In this document: piece after piece, positions 20,130 through 28,715 of the stretch
How the letters are laid out: each line of letters starts with the position of its first letter
Numbering within the stretch: the first letter of the stretch is position 1
Source of the DNA: an uncultured delta proteobacterium
GTDB taxonomy: Bacteria; Myxococcota_A; Polyangia; Polyangiales; Houyiibacteriaceae
Assembly (NCBI GenBank): GCA_963699755.1
Contig: CAVOVB010000001.1
Location: forward strand, 480,001 to 544,000
Direction of reading: 5' to 3'
DNA: 64,000 nucleotides
The notes under the pieces: generated by a model
The model's input: the letters and a program-made list of their open reading frames with translations, nothing else
The model's database searches: none
Told to the model about the DNA's origin: nothing
Program-made: the position numbers and the translations under genes

Positions 20130-21245
20130 ATGCGAGCTTTTGGCGCGGCGAGGACGGTCCCGTTGTTTCTTGCGGTTGTTGCTGCACTGACGATCGGTTG
20201 CAGCAGCGACGGCGGAGGCGGCAATGGTGACGGTGGCAGCGGTGGTACGGCTGGTTCTGGAGGTACGGCTGGCTCTGGTGGGAGTGCTGGAACCGGCGGA
20301 ACGGCGGGAACCGGCGGCACTGGAGGCACCGGTGCCACCGGAGGGACCGGTGGCACCGTATCCGGATGGATTTCACAAGATAGCGGCTTCGGGCACGATC
20401 TCCGGGCCGTGTCGTTCACCGATGCAAACACGGGGACGGCCGTGGGTGAATGGAATCTGATTTATCGGACGACCGATGGAGGCACGACGTGGACCACGCA
20501 GCCTAACCCAGCCCCCAATGTTGGCTTCCTCACTGGCGTGTCGTTTACCGATGCAAACACGGGGACGGCTGTGGGTTGGGATGGGCTCATTTTGCGGACG
20601 ACCGATGGGGGCACGACGTGGACCGAGCAAGATAGCGCCACCTTGGACTCGCTCTATGGTGTGTCGTTCACCGATGCGAACAACGGGACGGCCGTCGGTG
20701 CGAACGGGACCGTAGCATTGAGGACGACGGATGGGGGGGCCACGTGGACCATACAAAATCGCGGCGTGGGCGGGTGGGGCGTATCGTTCACTGATGCGAA
20801 CACAGGGACCGCCGTGGGCGTTGCCATTTGGCGGACGACCGACGGGGGGGCGACGTGGACCATGCAAGCCAGCCTCGCCCCCATGGTCGCCACCGGCGTC
20901 TTTCAAATCCCCGACATCCTCTATGGAGTGTCGTTCACCGATGCGAATAACGGAACGGCCGTCGGTGCGAGCGGGACCATAGTGCGGACGACCGATGGCG
21001 GGGCGACATGGACCGAGCAAGGTAGCGGGACCACGAACGACCTCAATGGCGTGTCGTTCACTGATCCGAACACAGGGACCGCCGTGGGCGACAGTGGGAC
21101 GATAGTGCGGACGACCGATGGCGGGGCGACGTGGACCGTGCAAAGCAGTGGCACCACCAACGACCTCTATGGCGTATCCTTCACTGATGCGACCACGGGG
21201 ACGGTAGTGGGCGACTTCGGGACCATCTTGCGGACGACTGACTGA
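20130..21245 (+). CDS. YCF48/BNR-repeat beta-propeller lipoprotein with Gly-rich linker (cargo)
   Basis: RBS ggaagga; lipobox LTIGC; GGTAGSGG linker; seven VSFTDxxxGTAVG...RTTDGG repeats. Confidence 0.85.
   Translation: MRAFGAARTVPLFLAVVAALTIGCSSDGGGGNGDGGSGGTAGSGGTAGSGGSAGTGGTAGTGGTGGTGATGGTGGTVSGWISQDSGFGHDLRAVSFTDANTGTAVGEWNLIYRTTDGGTTWTTQPNPAPNVGFLTGVSFTDANTGTAVGWDGLILRTTDGGTTWTEQDSATLDSLYGVSFTDANNGTAVGANGTVALRTTDGGATWTIQNRGVGGWGVSFTDANTGTAVGVAIWRTTDGGATWTMQASLAPMVATGVFQIPDILYGVSFTDANNGTAVGASGTIVRTTDGGATWTEQGSGTTNDLNGVSFTDPNTGTAVGDSGTIVRTTDGGATWTVQSSGTTNDLYGVSFTDATTGTVVGDFGTILRTTD
20409..21242 (+). repeat. Seven intragenic tandem repeats of about 120-147 bp
   Basis: Units begin at 20409, 20538, 20661, 20781, 20928, 21051 and 21174 (gtgtcgttcaccgatgc-like). 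Confidence 0.9.
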
Positions 21246-21307
21246 CTGCACCATGTGCGACGTCGGCGCGTTTGAGGCGCAGCCGTAGGAGACCAGGGCC
21301 TCCAAGG

Positions 21308-21550
21308 TGTCCGGAGGGTCTCCGGTGAGGTAACTTGCTGGAATAACTTGCTTTTGTACTTGCCACCCAAAGCGCCACCGGAGACTACGGAGACGTTGCG
21401 GGGTTGTAAACTCTACATGGTTTTCTCTCTCGTGCGTGAGTGCTAACTGAGCAAAGGTATCCGTAGTCTCCGGTCAGAACAGAAACTGCTGCGTTTTGCG
21501 CCCTAAAAGTACCGGATACCTTGCCTCCAGGGGTCTCCGTAGGTCTCCGG
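21308..21550. other. Candidate replication origin with direct and inverted iterons
   Basis: At least 8 copies of GT(C/A)TCCG(G/T) in both orientations; perfect 15-bp IR 21377-21391/21460-21474; (ta)acttgc x3; ORF-free and visibly more AT-rich. Confidence 0.7.
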
Positions 21551-22025
21551 GAATTGACCATACATATCCATTACCGCTGTAGAGGTCGCACTAGGAGTGC
21601 ACGGGTAGGTAACACCAACCGTTTTCCACGCCTGGCACCTCTCGCGCTTGGGTAAGGAGGGAGCGACAGTGACCGGCAAGTGGCTCTATAGGCCAACCGT
21701 CACCGTCTCGACGGCGCTGTGATTGCGGATACTTAGCGCTCAGCTTCCGGCATCTTCCCGCCGACTGTCACGCCAGTGTCCCCTCGAGAGCAAAAGTGGC
21801 CATACACGACCCCCACGGTGCCATAGGTAACCCCTGCTCGGAGCGGCCGGCCGAGCCCTCTGCGGTCCGCAAAATTCTCAGTCCTAGATTTCGACTTGGA
21901 ACAATTGCACAGAATTTTGCAGCGCGTAGGCCCAAAGTAAGCTGCATATTCCCAGGGAGTGCTATACTCGAGCCATCGGTGTGGTGGTCACCTCCCCACG
22001 CCCGGGCCCTGGGTCGGTCCGTCAT

Positions 22026-22346
22026 TCAGCCGACCTGGGGCGCCTTTCTATTCGCGCAGTAGCAACTCCGGCAGCGCTGAGACCGGCCCTGGACGATGTC
22101 GTTCAAGTAGCGGGCGTAGACGTTGCCGCAGCTGACGCAGAAGACCTCGATGGTGGTCAGCTTGTCCCAGGCGTTCTTGCGGTAGGGCTCGGAGACGACC
22201 TCCCAGCCCGTGACCCGGCCGTACTTGTCGACGATGCGTTCACCGAAGCGGATGGTTCGCCAGTTGCGAGCTCGGCGCTGATGCTTGCTCGGTGTGCGCT
22301 CTACGCCCTTCCAGAGCCACCGTACGGCCATGCTCGAGCCTACCAT
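22026..22346 (-). CDS. Small zinc-ribbon protein resembling the N-terminal module of phage HNH/AP2 proteins
   Basis: KYGRVTGWEVV...CVSCGN...IVQGRSQRCRSC pattern. Confidence 0.5.
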   Translation of the reverse strand: MVGSSMAVRWLWKGVERTPSKHQRRARNWRTIRFGERIVDKYGRVTGWEVVSEPYRKNAWDKLTTIEVFCVSCGNVYARYLNDIVQGRSQRCRSCYCANRKAPQVG

Positions 22347-22935
22347 GGCTCCGGCATCATCTCAGCCTTGAAATAGCCTCAAATGGCGCTGTACGGGCTT
22401 GCAGTCCCTGTTATAGTAGCGGCAGGCTGGTTTTGATATCCCTGGCCGAGCTCGAGCCGCTTTGGTTTCATGGGGCGGCTCGAGCGACTGATGACCCCGA
22501 GCAGTGCTTCTCGCTTGTCGCTGCTCGTGGGCCATCGCTAACCCCGACCGATGTGCAGTCACTTCTCGGCTTTCTGGCATCAGACTGAGCTCACGCGGAA
22601 AGAGCAGGAGAACAACCACGGCTCGATTAGCGGGCACTCCAAGGGGCTGAGTGTCATCGGTTCGCCGGGTCCAAAGTTCGTGCGGCTCGAGCGCTATTGG
22701 AAACGCGAACCGAAGGACGCAGGGCCGTGTCCGCATTGCGGCGAACCCGATCGGTGGAAGTGCTGGTCCAAGACGAGGAGACTCGAGCTCTTCGGAATGG
22801 GTCGTCGATGAACGACGGGGACGAGGCAGGTGACGCGCTCCGACTGCTGGCGGTCCTGTTGTGGTGGGCGGCTGCGATTGCGGCAGCGTTCGCGACTGCT
22901 CTGCTCTGGTGAGCTCGAGCGCTGAGCATAAAAAT

Positions 22936-22973
22936 GCCCTCGACGGCTCCCAGGAGAAGCAACCGTCGAGGGC
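22936..22973. terminator. Candidate bidirectional intrinsic terminator
   Basis: 11-bp stem gccctcgacgg/ccgtcgagggc flanked by aaaaa and ttt; lies downstream of the leftward operon. Confidence 0.55.
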
Positions 22974-23182
22974 TTTGCGTTTCGACGCCGTTAGGATCGC
23001 ACAGCGGCGTGCTCAGTCAACCGTCGCGAATGGGGAGCGATGCGCCTACCCGGGGAAAGGAGGCTAACCCTGGCAGGCGGTCGCTCGTAACTGCTGAACG
23101 GAAAAGCGACAACGTGAGCGCACTTCCGGAAAAATTCGTCGCTCGAGGATGCGCTGTAAGGCCCGCAAATGTTTTCCAGGTC

Positions 23183-23413
23183 CTAGGCATCGTCCGAATT
23201 CCGAGGCGCTGAGAACTCGTCGGCCAAACCAATCGCAATCACCGAACCGACGACTTTCCAGCACACGCGACGGTCGCCGACCTCGAGCTCGCAGAGACGC
23301 TTGTCCCCGGACTCGAAGTCGGCGCGCTCCACCACGAGGCGAAACACATCCATCCGGTCGAGTGCGTCGAGCGCCTTGATACCGGGGGAGAGCCGCGCCT
23401 TGATGTCACTCAT
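23183..23413 (-). CDS. Hypothetical protein
   Basis: ATGA overlap with the upstream gene. Confidence 0.55.
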   Translation of the reverse strand: MSDIKARLSPGIKALDALDRMDVFRLVVERADFESGDKRLCELEVGDRRVCWKVVGSVIAIGLADEFSAPRNSDDA

Positions 23414-24453
23414 GGCTGCGCTCGCTGACGCTTCCACTCAAGGAACTCGGCCTGCTCGCGTTGCCATTCGCGGTAGAGGTCCCATCCGACGCGGTTTTCG
23501 TGCATGGACTGAAGCGCGGCGGTGCCGCTCTCGGCCGTGGCGCAGGAATAAAGGTGGTACGGGCCATCCGTTTCGAGTCGGGGGTCATCGAGCCAAACCA
23601 AGACGAGCGGCTCGTCTCGCCCGTATGCGTCCCTGTTGCGCACCTCGATCTGTTTCAGCGTGGCGACCCTGCCGTTGGCGTAAGAGCGTCCGTAGTCCGG
23701 CACAACGGCGCCGACGCGAAGTTCCGCAGCGCTGAACCTGTAGCTGATGTCGTTCGGCAGCCCGTGGACCAGTAACCCTTCCGCGATGACACTGTGTCCA
23801 CGCCAGTTGCCGAGCGGCATAGAGGCGATGCGGCGCTCCATGTCTGGGTCCATCGACGGCGGGTCGTTGAGACCCGTGCCCCACTGGGTGTAGACCGCAT
23901 CGAGGTTCGCTCGGCGGTATTGGTGGCAATCCTTCCTGCGCGGGTTCGGGTAGTGCTCGACTCTCGTCTGGTTCCAGTGGGCAATCGTGACCTCGATAGG
24001 CGGCTCGTCCTCGTACTGCCCCGGGAGCGGTCGCCAGTAGGCATAGAACCCGCCACACGGCTTTCTCGTTCCGAGCAACTCGGACTTGACCGCGTGTGCT
24101 TCGTAGACCGGGCTGTGCCGGATCTTGCGCCCCTTCACACGTTCGCCAATCTCGAGGAAGTGCGGGTGCTTCTGCGTGCCACCCGAGTCGATGTGGACAC
24201 CGCCCGTCTGCGTGCGCGGCTTCGCTCTTGGGTAGAAGCTGCTCGCCGCGACCACGTCACCCGGCTTGATTGGATCTTCATCCTCGGCAAGCCAGCCAAG
24301 CTCGCGACAGGCGCTCTCCCAGTTCCCGAACTCATCTCGGCCGACCTTGCCGAGAACCCGAGTTTCCCACTCGTCATCCGCATCGTGCTGTATCTTTTGA
24401 ACCACCTGCCCGGTCGGGTTCAGCACGCAGACGTAATGTCGTTGCATTACCAT
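23410..24453 (-). CDS. Hypothetical protein
   Basis: Long ORF in a tightly coupled operon; no recognised domain. Confidence 0.65.
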   Translation of the reverse strand: MVMQRHYVCVLNPTGQVVQKIQHDADDEWETRVLGKVGRDEFGNWESACRELGWLAEDEDPIKPGDVVAASSFYPRAKPRTQTGGVHIDSGGTQKHPHFLEIGERVKGRKIRHSPVYEAHAVKSELLGTRKPCGGFYAYWRPLPGQYEDEPPIEVTIAHWNQTRVEHYPNPRRKDCHQYRRANLDAVYTQWGTGLNDPPSMDPDMERRIASMPLGNWRGHSVIAEGLLVHGLPNDISYRFSAAELRVGAVVPDYGRSYANGRVATLKQIEVRNRDAYGRDEPLVLVWLDDPRLETDGPYHLYSCATAESGTAALQSMHENRVGWDLYREWQREQAEFLEWKRQRAQP

Positions 24454-24455
24454 CT

Positions 24456-24665
24456 TCAAATACCTTTCCGGGCCGCCGGCGTGCGCACGTAGGTGGGGTC
24501 CCACTTGCCTACCACCAACGAACCTTCGTAGTCGCCGTCCTCGGTGCCAAACCAGACTTCATGCACGCCGTCTTGAATTGGGTCTATGTGGGTGACGACC
24601 ACTAGGCCGCCCTGTTCATGGAAGAAAACATCGTCTTCCTTCAACTCGTACAGCTTCTTTTCCAT
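24456..24665 (-). CDS. Small acidic hypothetical protein
   Basis: Strong RBS AAAGGAG; 2 bp from the next gene. Confidence 0.7.
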   Translation of the reverse strand: MEKKLYELKEDDVFFHEQGGLVVVTHIDPIQDGVHEVWFGTEDGDYEGSLVVGKWDPTYVRTPAARKGI

Positions 24666-24733
24666 TTTCACTCCTTTCCGAACCCGGCCGCCGCAGAGGC
24701 ACCATTGCCTCCACGACGGCGAGCTCTGTTACA

Positions 24734-25129
24734 TCAAAACGGAATGCTGTCCTCGTCGGCGAGAACGTGCGCTCCGGCCGGTGCCGGCTTCGGCGCCCGG
24801 CTCCGCACCCTAATGGCGCTCTTGAGCTCACTGCCCACTGCCACCTCGGCCTTGAAGAGCGCGACGCTTTGGCCCTTCCACGCCTCCGGCTCACCTGAGC
24901 CGATGAGCGCCTTGATGGTCCTCACGTTGGTCTTATTCAGAACCCAGCGGGTCGGGCCGCCCGGCACCAACGGCGCCGCCAACTTCACGACCGGCTTCTT
25001 CTGAGAAGTCCCGTCCCGTTGGTCGAGCATCTCGACGCCGACCGACTCGATGACTGCGACGACGTCGCCGGAGTCCGGCAAGTCGACCGAGCTGATGAAT
25101 TTTCGTTCGAATGTGCTTTCAATGTCCAT
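24734..25129 (-). CDS. Phage-type SSB-like protein
   Basis: Beta-rich core with LNKTN motif and acidic C-terminal DEDSIPF tail. Confidence 0.65.
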   Translation of the reverse strand: MDIESTFERKFISSVDLPDSGDVVAVIESVGVEMLDQRDGTSQKKPVVKLAAPLVPGGPTRWVLNKTNVRTIKALIGSGEPEAWKGQSVALFKAEVAVGSELKSAIRVRSRAPKPAPAGAHVLADEDSIPF

Positions 25130-25160
25130 TTTCAGTTTCCCTGTCAGTTGAGTTTCAATT

Positions 25161-25376
25161 TCAGCCGGATGATTCCGGCAGAGTCTTGACGCGGCTCACG
25201 AGGTCGACCTCGACGCTCGAATCGAACGTGCGAGACCGGACCTCGCGGCCGTCTTCGTAAATGACCTCGACGTCTCCCGCGTCGGTGACGACGGCGTCCA
25301 TCGCCGCGCAGCACTCGACGAGCTCGTAATCGAAGACGAACCGGTCGCCGGTGCGGAGCCGGGCAATCATCATCAC
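25161..25376 (-). CDS. Small hypothetical protein
   Basis: 4-bp overlap with the upstream Toprim gene. Confidence 0.6.
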   Translation of the reverse strand: MMMIARLRTGDRFVFDYELVECCAAMDAVVTDAGDVEVIYEDGREVRSRTFDSSVEVDLVSRVKTLPESSG

Positions 25377-26404
25377 TCGATCTCCTCTTGAAGCTGGTCG
25401 ATGAGTTCGCTCACGCGCTGCATCGGCTCTTCGATGTCGTCCTGGCGCTCTGCCCAGATGTCAGCGTCGATGTGCTCTGCGATGGCAGCTCGGATGATGT
25501 CGCGCAGAGCAATCTCATTGGTGGCAGTGAGCGCATTCAACTCCACCATGTCTGGTCCGTACCGGTCGATGTACTCTTGAATTTTGCTGTTCTGCCCCTT
25601 CTGCTGCGCGCTGAGGCTGCGTCCGGTGTGCATCTTGTCGTAAGCGCTTTCCATCGGGAGGTTGCGCTCCCTGGCTTGCTCCAGCGTGATGGCGACTCTG
25701 GTCACCGAGTCGACCTCGGCAACGTCGCGCACCCACCGGGCATCCATCCCAACGCCCTGCATGTCGTGGTCGCCCGCATAGAGGACGACGGGCTCCTGAC
25801 CCCCGTCACGCACCCGACGACACCAGTGCCCCACGTTCAGCTTCTGCCGGATGGACGCGTCACCCCCGGTGCAGAGAAAGTCGGTGCGCGTGCGGCCGCA
25901 GGCGTTTTCAACGATGCTGCGCAAGCCCAGCTTCTCGCAAAGGACGAGGGCTCGCACGGCCTGCCCTTCCCAGGGGTCCAGTCTCAGTTGCGGGATGCTG
26001 TGCGCCCAGTCGTCCACATCGTCGTGGAAGCTCCACCCCCGGATATCGTGGTCGCCGTCATCGTCGAGCAGGTCTGGGTCGAAGGCGTCGGGTCCACGGT
26101 CTCCAGCAAGCCACTTTTTCCGAGCTGTGATGAGAGTGTTTACAACCCATGTGCCCCAGAGCACCTGTTTCTTCGTGCCGTCCGGGTTCTCGGTTTTGTA
26201 GTCCGGCTCGATGAAGCTCCAGGGTTTGTCGCGGAGGTAGTAGTAGCAGTCGCGCACGCCGGGCGGCCCCAGAACGCGAGCTTCGCTGTAGTCTCTCACC
26301 CACTGGAGAAACTGCCGCCGCTCCTCGTCGGTGACTTGGATGACGAGTTTGCCTTTCTGGATAACCAGAATTTCGTCCTGCGGACGTGGCGTGACGGGGG
26401 TCAT
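25373..26404 (-). CDS. TopoVI-A/Spo11/JetD-like Toprim protein
   Basis: VRDCYYY near the N-terminus, VLCEK, GGDAS, LYAGDHDMQG, RVAITLEQ and VELNAL motifs. Confidence 0.7.
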   Translation of the reverse strand: MTPVTPRPQDEILVIQKGKLVIQVTDEERRQFLQWVRDYSEARVLGPPGVRDCYYYLRDKPWSFIEPDYKTENPDGTKKQVLWGTWVVNTLITARKKWLAGDRGPDAFDPDLLDDDGDHDIRGWSFHDDVDDWAHSIPQLRLDPWEGQAVRALVLCEKLGLRSIVENACGRTRTDFLCTGGDASIRQKLNVGHWCRRVRDGGQEPVVLYAGDHDMQGVGMDARWVRDVAEVDSVTRVAITLEQARERNLPMESAYDKMHTGRSLSAQQKGQNSKIQEYIDRYGPDMVELNALTATNEIALRDIIRAAIAEHIDADIWAERQDDIEEPMQRVSELIDQLQEEIE

Positions 26405-26925
26405 GACAGCACCTCGCCTCGAATTCGTTCCCGGACTCGCGCCGTTGCGCCGGGGGCGAGTTTCCACATGGGCGGCACTGCGACCGGGCTCGGGTCGTAG
26501 AAAATGGCCGTGTCGCCCTCGGCCCACGAGAGCCCTCGGCACATCAGTCCCGGCGGCACAACGATGCCGCGCTGCGGTCGACTCATCTGTCCCGAGGAGC
26601 AGTCAATCGTCCAGCCCTTGCTGCGAACCACAAGATGACCGTGGAGCCCCGGCGACTGGTCCGGCATGTCGTGGCGAACAGCAACGGTCCACGCATCGTC
26701 CGGCATCGGGTCGACGGGCTCGGGGGACGTCTGCACCCACTCGCACCACGCACGATTCGCGGCGGTGCAATCCATGACCGCGAGCGAGGCTGGGATTCCG
26801 TGTTCGCGCAGCACCTCGAAGGCGTGGTAGCTGGCCGGAATGCAAACATCCTGTTGTGCGTATTCCTCGACCACGATTCCGGGAAGCCGCTCAACGATTC
26901 GGCTGTACAGCTCGCTGCGCCTCAT
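26401..26925 (-). CDS. Putative papain/transglutaminase-like Cys-His-Asp protein
   Basis: DVCIPAS...GHLVV...TIDCSSGQ triad pattern; ATGA overlaps on both sides. Confidence 0.55.
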   Translation of the reverse strand: MRRSELYSRIVERLPGIVVEEYAQQDVCIPASYHAFEVLREHGIPASLAVMDCTAANRAWCEWVQTSPEPVDPMPDDAWTVAVRHDMPDQSPGLHGHLVVRSKGWTIDCSSGQMSRPQRGIVVPPGLMCRGLSWAEGDTAIFYDPSPVAVPPMWKLAPGATARVRERIRGEVLS

Positions 26926-27272
26926 GACAGCCGCCCCATCCACTCCGCCCATTCGGACATCCGGCTCGCGAGTATCTCCAGATGCAAGGCCATGAGTCCT
27001 CGCATCGAGCCCGGTCGCTGACCTTCTTCGTCCCACGGCAGAATCCGCTCGAAGAAATCCGCGAGCTGTCGTTCGTTCTCTTCCGTCTGATCGCGAACCA
27101 GCGTGCTCCACTTGTCGCAGAACTGTTCAATGCGCTCTGGCCGTGAGAGCCACGCCAAGCGAGCGGCGCACCGCGGGCAGTGTTCGTTGAACGGCATCTC
27201 CCATGCCCGGCGACGGCCCTCGACAGAGCAGCGCTCGCAGCCAGGCAGCTCCCTCGGATACCGGCGACTCAT
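26922..27272 (-). CDS. Hypothetical zinc-binding protein
   Basis: CERC...CPRC motifs; ATGA coupling. Confidence 0.6.
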   Translation of the reverse strand: MSRRYPRELPGCERCSVEGRRRAWEMPFNEHCPRCAARLAWLSRPERIEQFCDKWSTLVRDQTEENERQLADFFERILPWDEEGQRPGSMRGLMALHLEILASRMSEWAEWMGRLS

Positions 27273-27484
27273 GACGCCCGCCTCAGCTGAGCGCGGACCC
27301 ATCGGCCAGCGAACCGGAGCTCGAACTCGACCCATTCGCCGAGACCAGCGACCCGCCTGCGGGCCTCGAAGAACCTCTCGGCGTCCTCGCGATACCGGAA
27401 CGGCCGGACCGCCATCGTGCCGTGAATCGGATTGTGGACGACCACTCGCCACGGCGCCTCGCTCGCAACCCCTTGCTTTCTCAT
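27269..27484 (-). CDS. Small hypothetical protein, first gene of leftward operon
   Basis: RBS AAGGAGG directly upstream. Confidence 0.7.
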   Translation of the reverse strand: MRKQGVASEAPWRVVVHNPIHGTMAVRPFRYREDAERFFEARRRVAGLGEWVEFELRFAGRWVRAQLRRAS

Positions 27485-27531
27485 GCCTCCTTGCCTTTCT
27501 GCGCCCTGGCCCGGGGCCTCAGCGCAATCCC

Positions 27532-27559
27532 AGAATAGACCCATGTCCTCCTTTGTCAA
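27532..27559 (-). promoter_or_regulatory. Sigma70-type promoter for the leftward operon
   Basis: TTGACA (27559-27554), 16-nt spacer, TATTCT (27537-27532) on the minus strand. Confidence 0.7.
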
Positions 27560-27635
27560 CCTAACGGGTGGACAAGTACGGCGGTGCGCGCTACGGTGTT
27601 GGCTATGGACGGCGAATTGCGCGACACTGGGGCCC

Positions 27636-28052
27636 ATGGCGGGGAAGAAGACCTCCATCTATCTGACCGACGAGGACTCGGCGCGGCTGGATGCGGTGCA
27701 CGAGGCGATGCGGACGGCTCCGAACCTCCGGCAGTTCGATCTGAAGTGGAGCGACACGCTTCGACTTCTCTTGCGCCAAGCGCTCCAAGTGGCCGAGCTC
27801 GAGTACCTGCACAAAATTCCCGAGGACGCCGACGCAGAGGAGTGGCTCGATGCGCTCAAGGAAGAGCATCGGAAGCAGTCCGCGATTTTGCGAGCCCTTG
27901 TCGACGAGGGCTGGGCGGAATCGAAGCTGACGACGGGTGGACGGCGCTGGCTTTCGAAGGACGGCCGGGTCTCATTGGAGCCGCAGCCGGAGGCGCTCCC
28001 AAAGAAGCGCCGCTCAACAAAGAAGGATCCGAAGAAGAACGACCGGGAGTGA
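27636..28052 (+). CDS. Ribbon-helix-helix regulator
   Basis: KKTSIYLTDEDSARLD...WSDTLRLLLRQAL: strand followed by two helices. Confidence 0.65.
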   Translation: MAGKKTSIYLTDEDSARLDAVHEAMRTAPNLRQFDLKWSDTLRLLLRQALQVAELEYLHKIPEDADAEEWLDALKEEHRKQSAILRALVDEGWAESKLTTGGRRWLSKDGRVSLEPQPEALPKKRRSTKKDPKKNDRE

Positions 28053-28080
28053 CGGCGTCGCTCCTTGATAGGAGCAACGT

Positions 28081-28314
28081 ATGAACGGACACGAAACGAA
28101 CCCCCAGGTCGCCTTCCGGGCACCGCGCACGCTGATCAGGCGGCTCGACCGTCTCAGCAAGGCGCTTCAGAAGAGCGAGGGAATTCCCGCAAGGCGAAGC
28201 GTCGTCATTCGACGTGCCGTGCTGGCAGGTCTGCCGCACCTCGAGGACGAAGCGCTCAGTCTGCTCACCGACGAGCTCGGCCGTCACCCCGACGTTGACG
28301 AGGTGTCGCCGTGA
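28081..28314 (+). CDS. Ribbon-helix-helix (CopG-like) regulator
   Basis: QVAFRAPRTLIRRLD...RSVVIRRAVLAGL; RBS aggag. Confidence 0.7.
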   Translation: MNGHETNPQVAFRAPRTLIRRLDRLSKALQKSEGIPARRSVVIRRAVLAGLPHLEDEALSLLTDELGRHPDVDEVSP

Positions 28315-28715
28315 TCAAGCTAACCAAGTGCGAGCCACGCACCACCCGAGACGGATTCGCGCCCACCAACCGCGAGGCGCCCAGCAACAAAACTTACGAA
28401 AGAAAAAGTATGACCATCGAACAACGGCGAGACGCCGACATCGTGCGCCAATGCGGGGAAACCACCGCCATCAAGAAACAGTACATGGACGCGCAAGAGC
28501 AACGCACGATCGACGCAGCAGTAGGAAAAGTCCGGGCTGCTATCAAGAGCCTGGAGGCGAGGATCGACGCCCTCGAAGCACGGCAGGCGAAAGCACGGCA
28601 GGACGCACGCCTCGGACCACTCAGGGCTTACTTCAGCCGACCCGTGAAAGCCTACGAGCTCGACGAAACAGCGAGCCTACTCCGCCGTTACCCCATTTTT
28701 GGAGATCGACCATGA
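28311..28715 (+). CDS. Hypothetical coiled-coil protein
   Basis: GTGA/ATGA coupling; alternative start at 28410. Confidence 0.55.
   Translation: MIKLTKCEPRTTRDGFAPTNREAPSNKTYERKSMTIEQRRDADIVRQCGETTAIKKQYMDAQEQRTIDAAVGKVRAAIKSLEARIDALEARQAKARQDARLGPLRAYFSRPVKAYELDETASLLRRYPIFGDRP

Noticed and set aside
20409..21242. Regularly spaced repeats as a CRISPR array or DGR
   Set aside because: Repeats are in-frame coding units of 120-147 bp; no cas or reverse transcriptase gene is in the window
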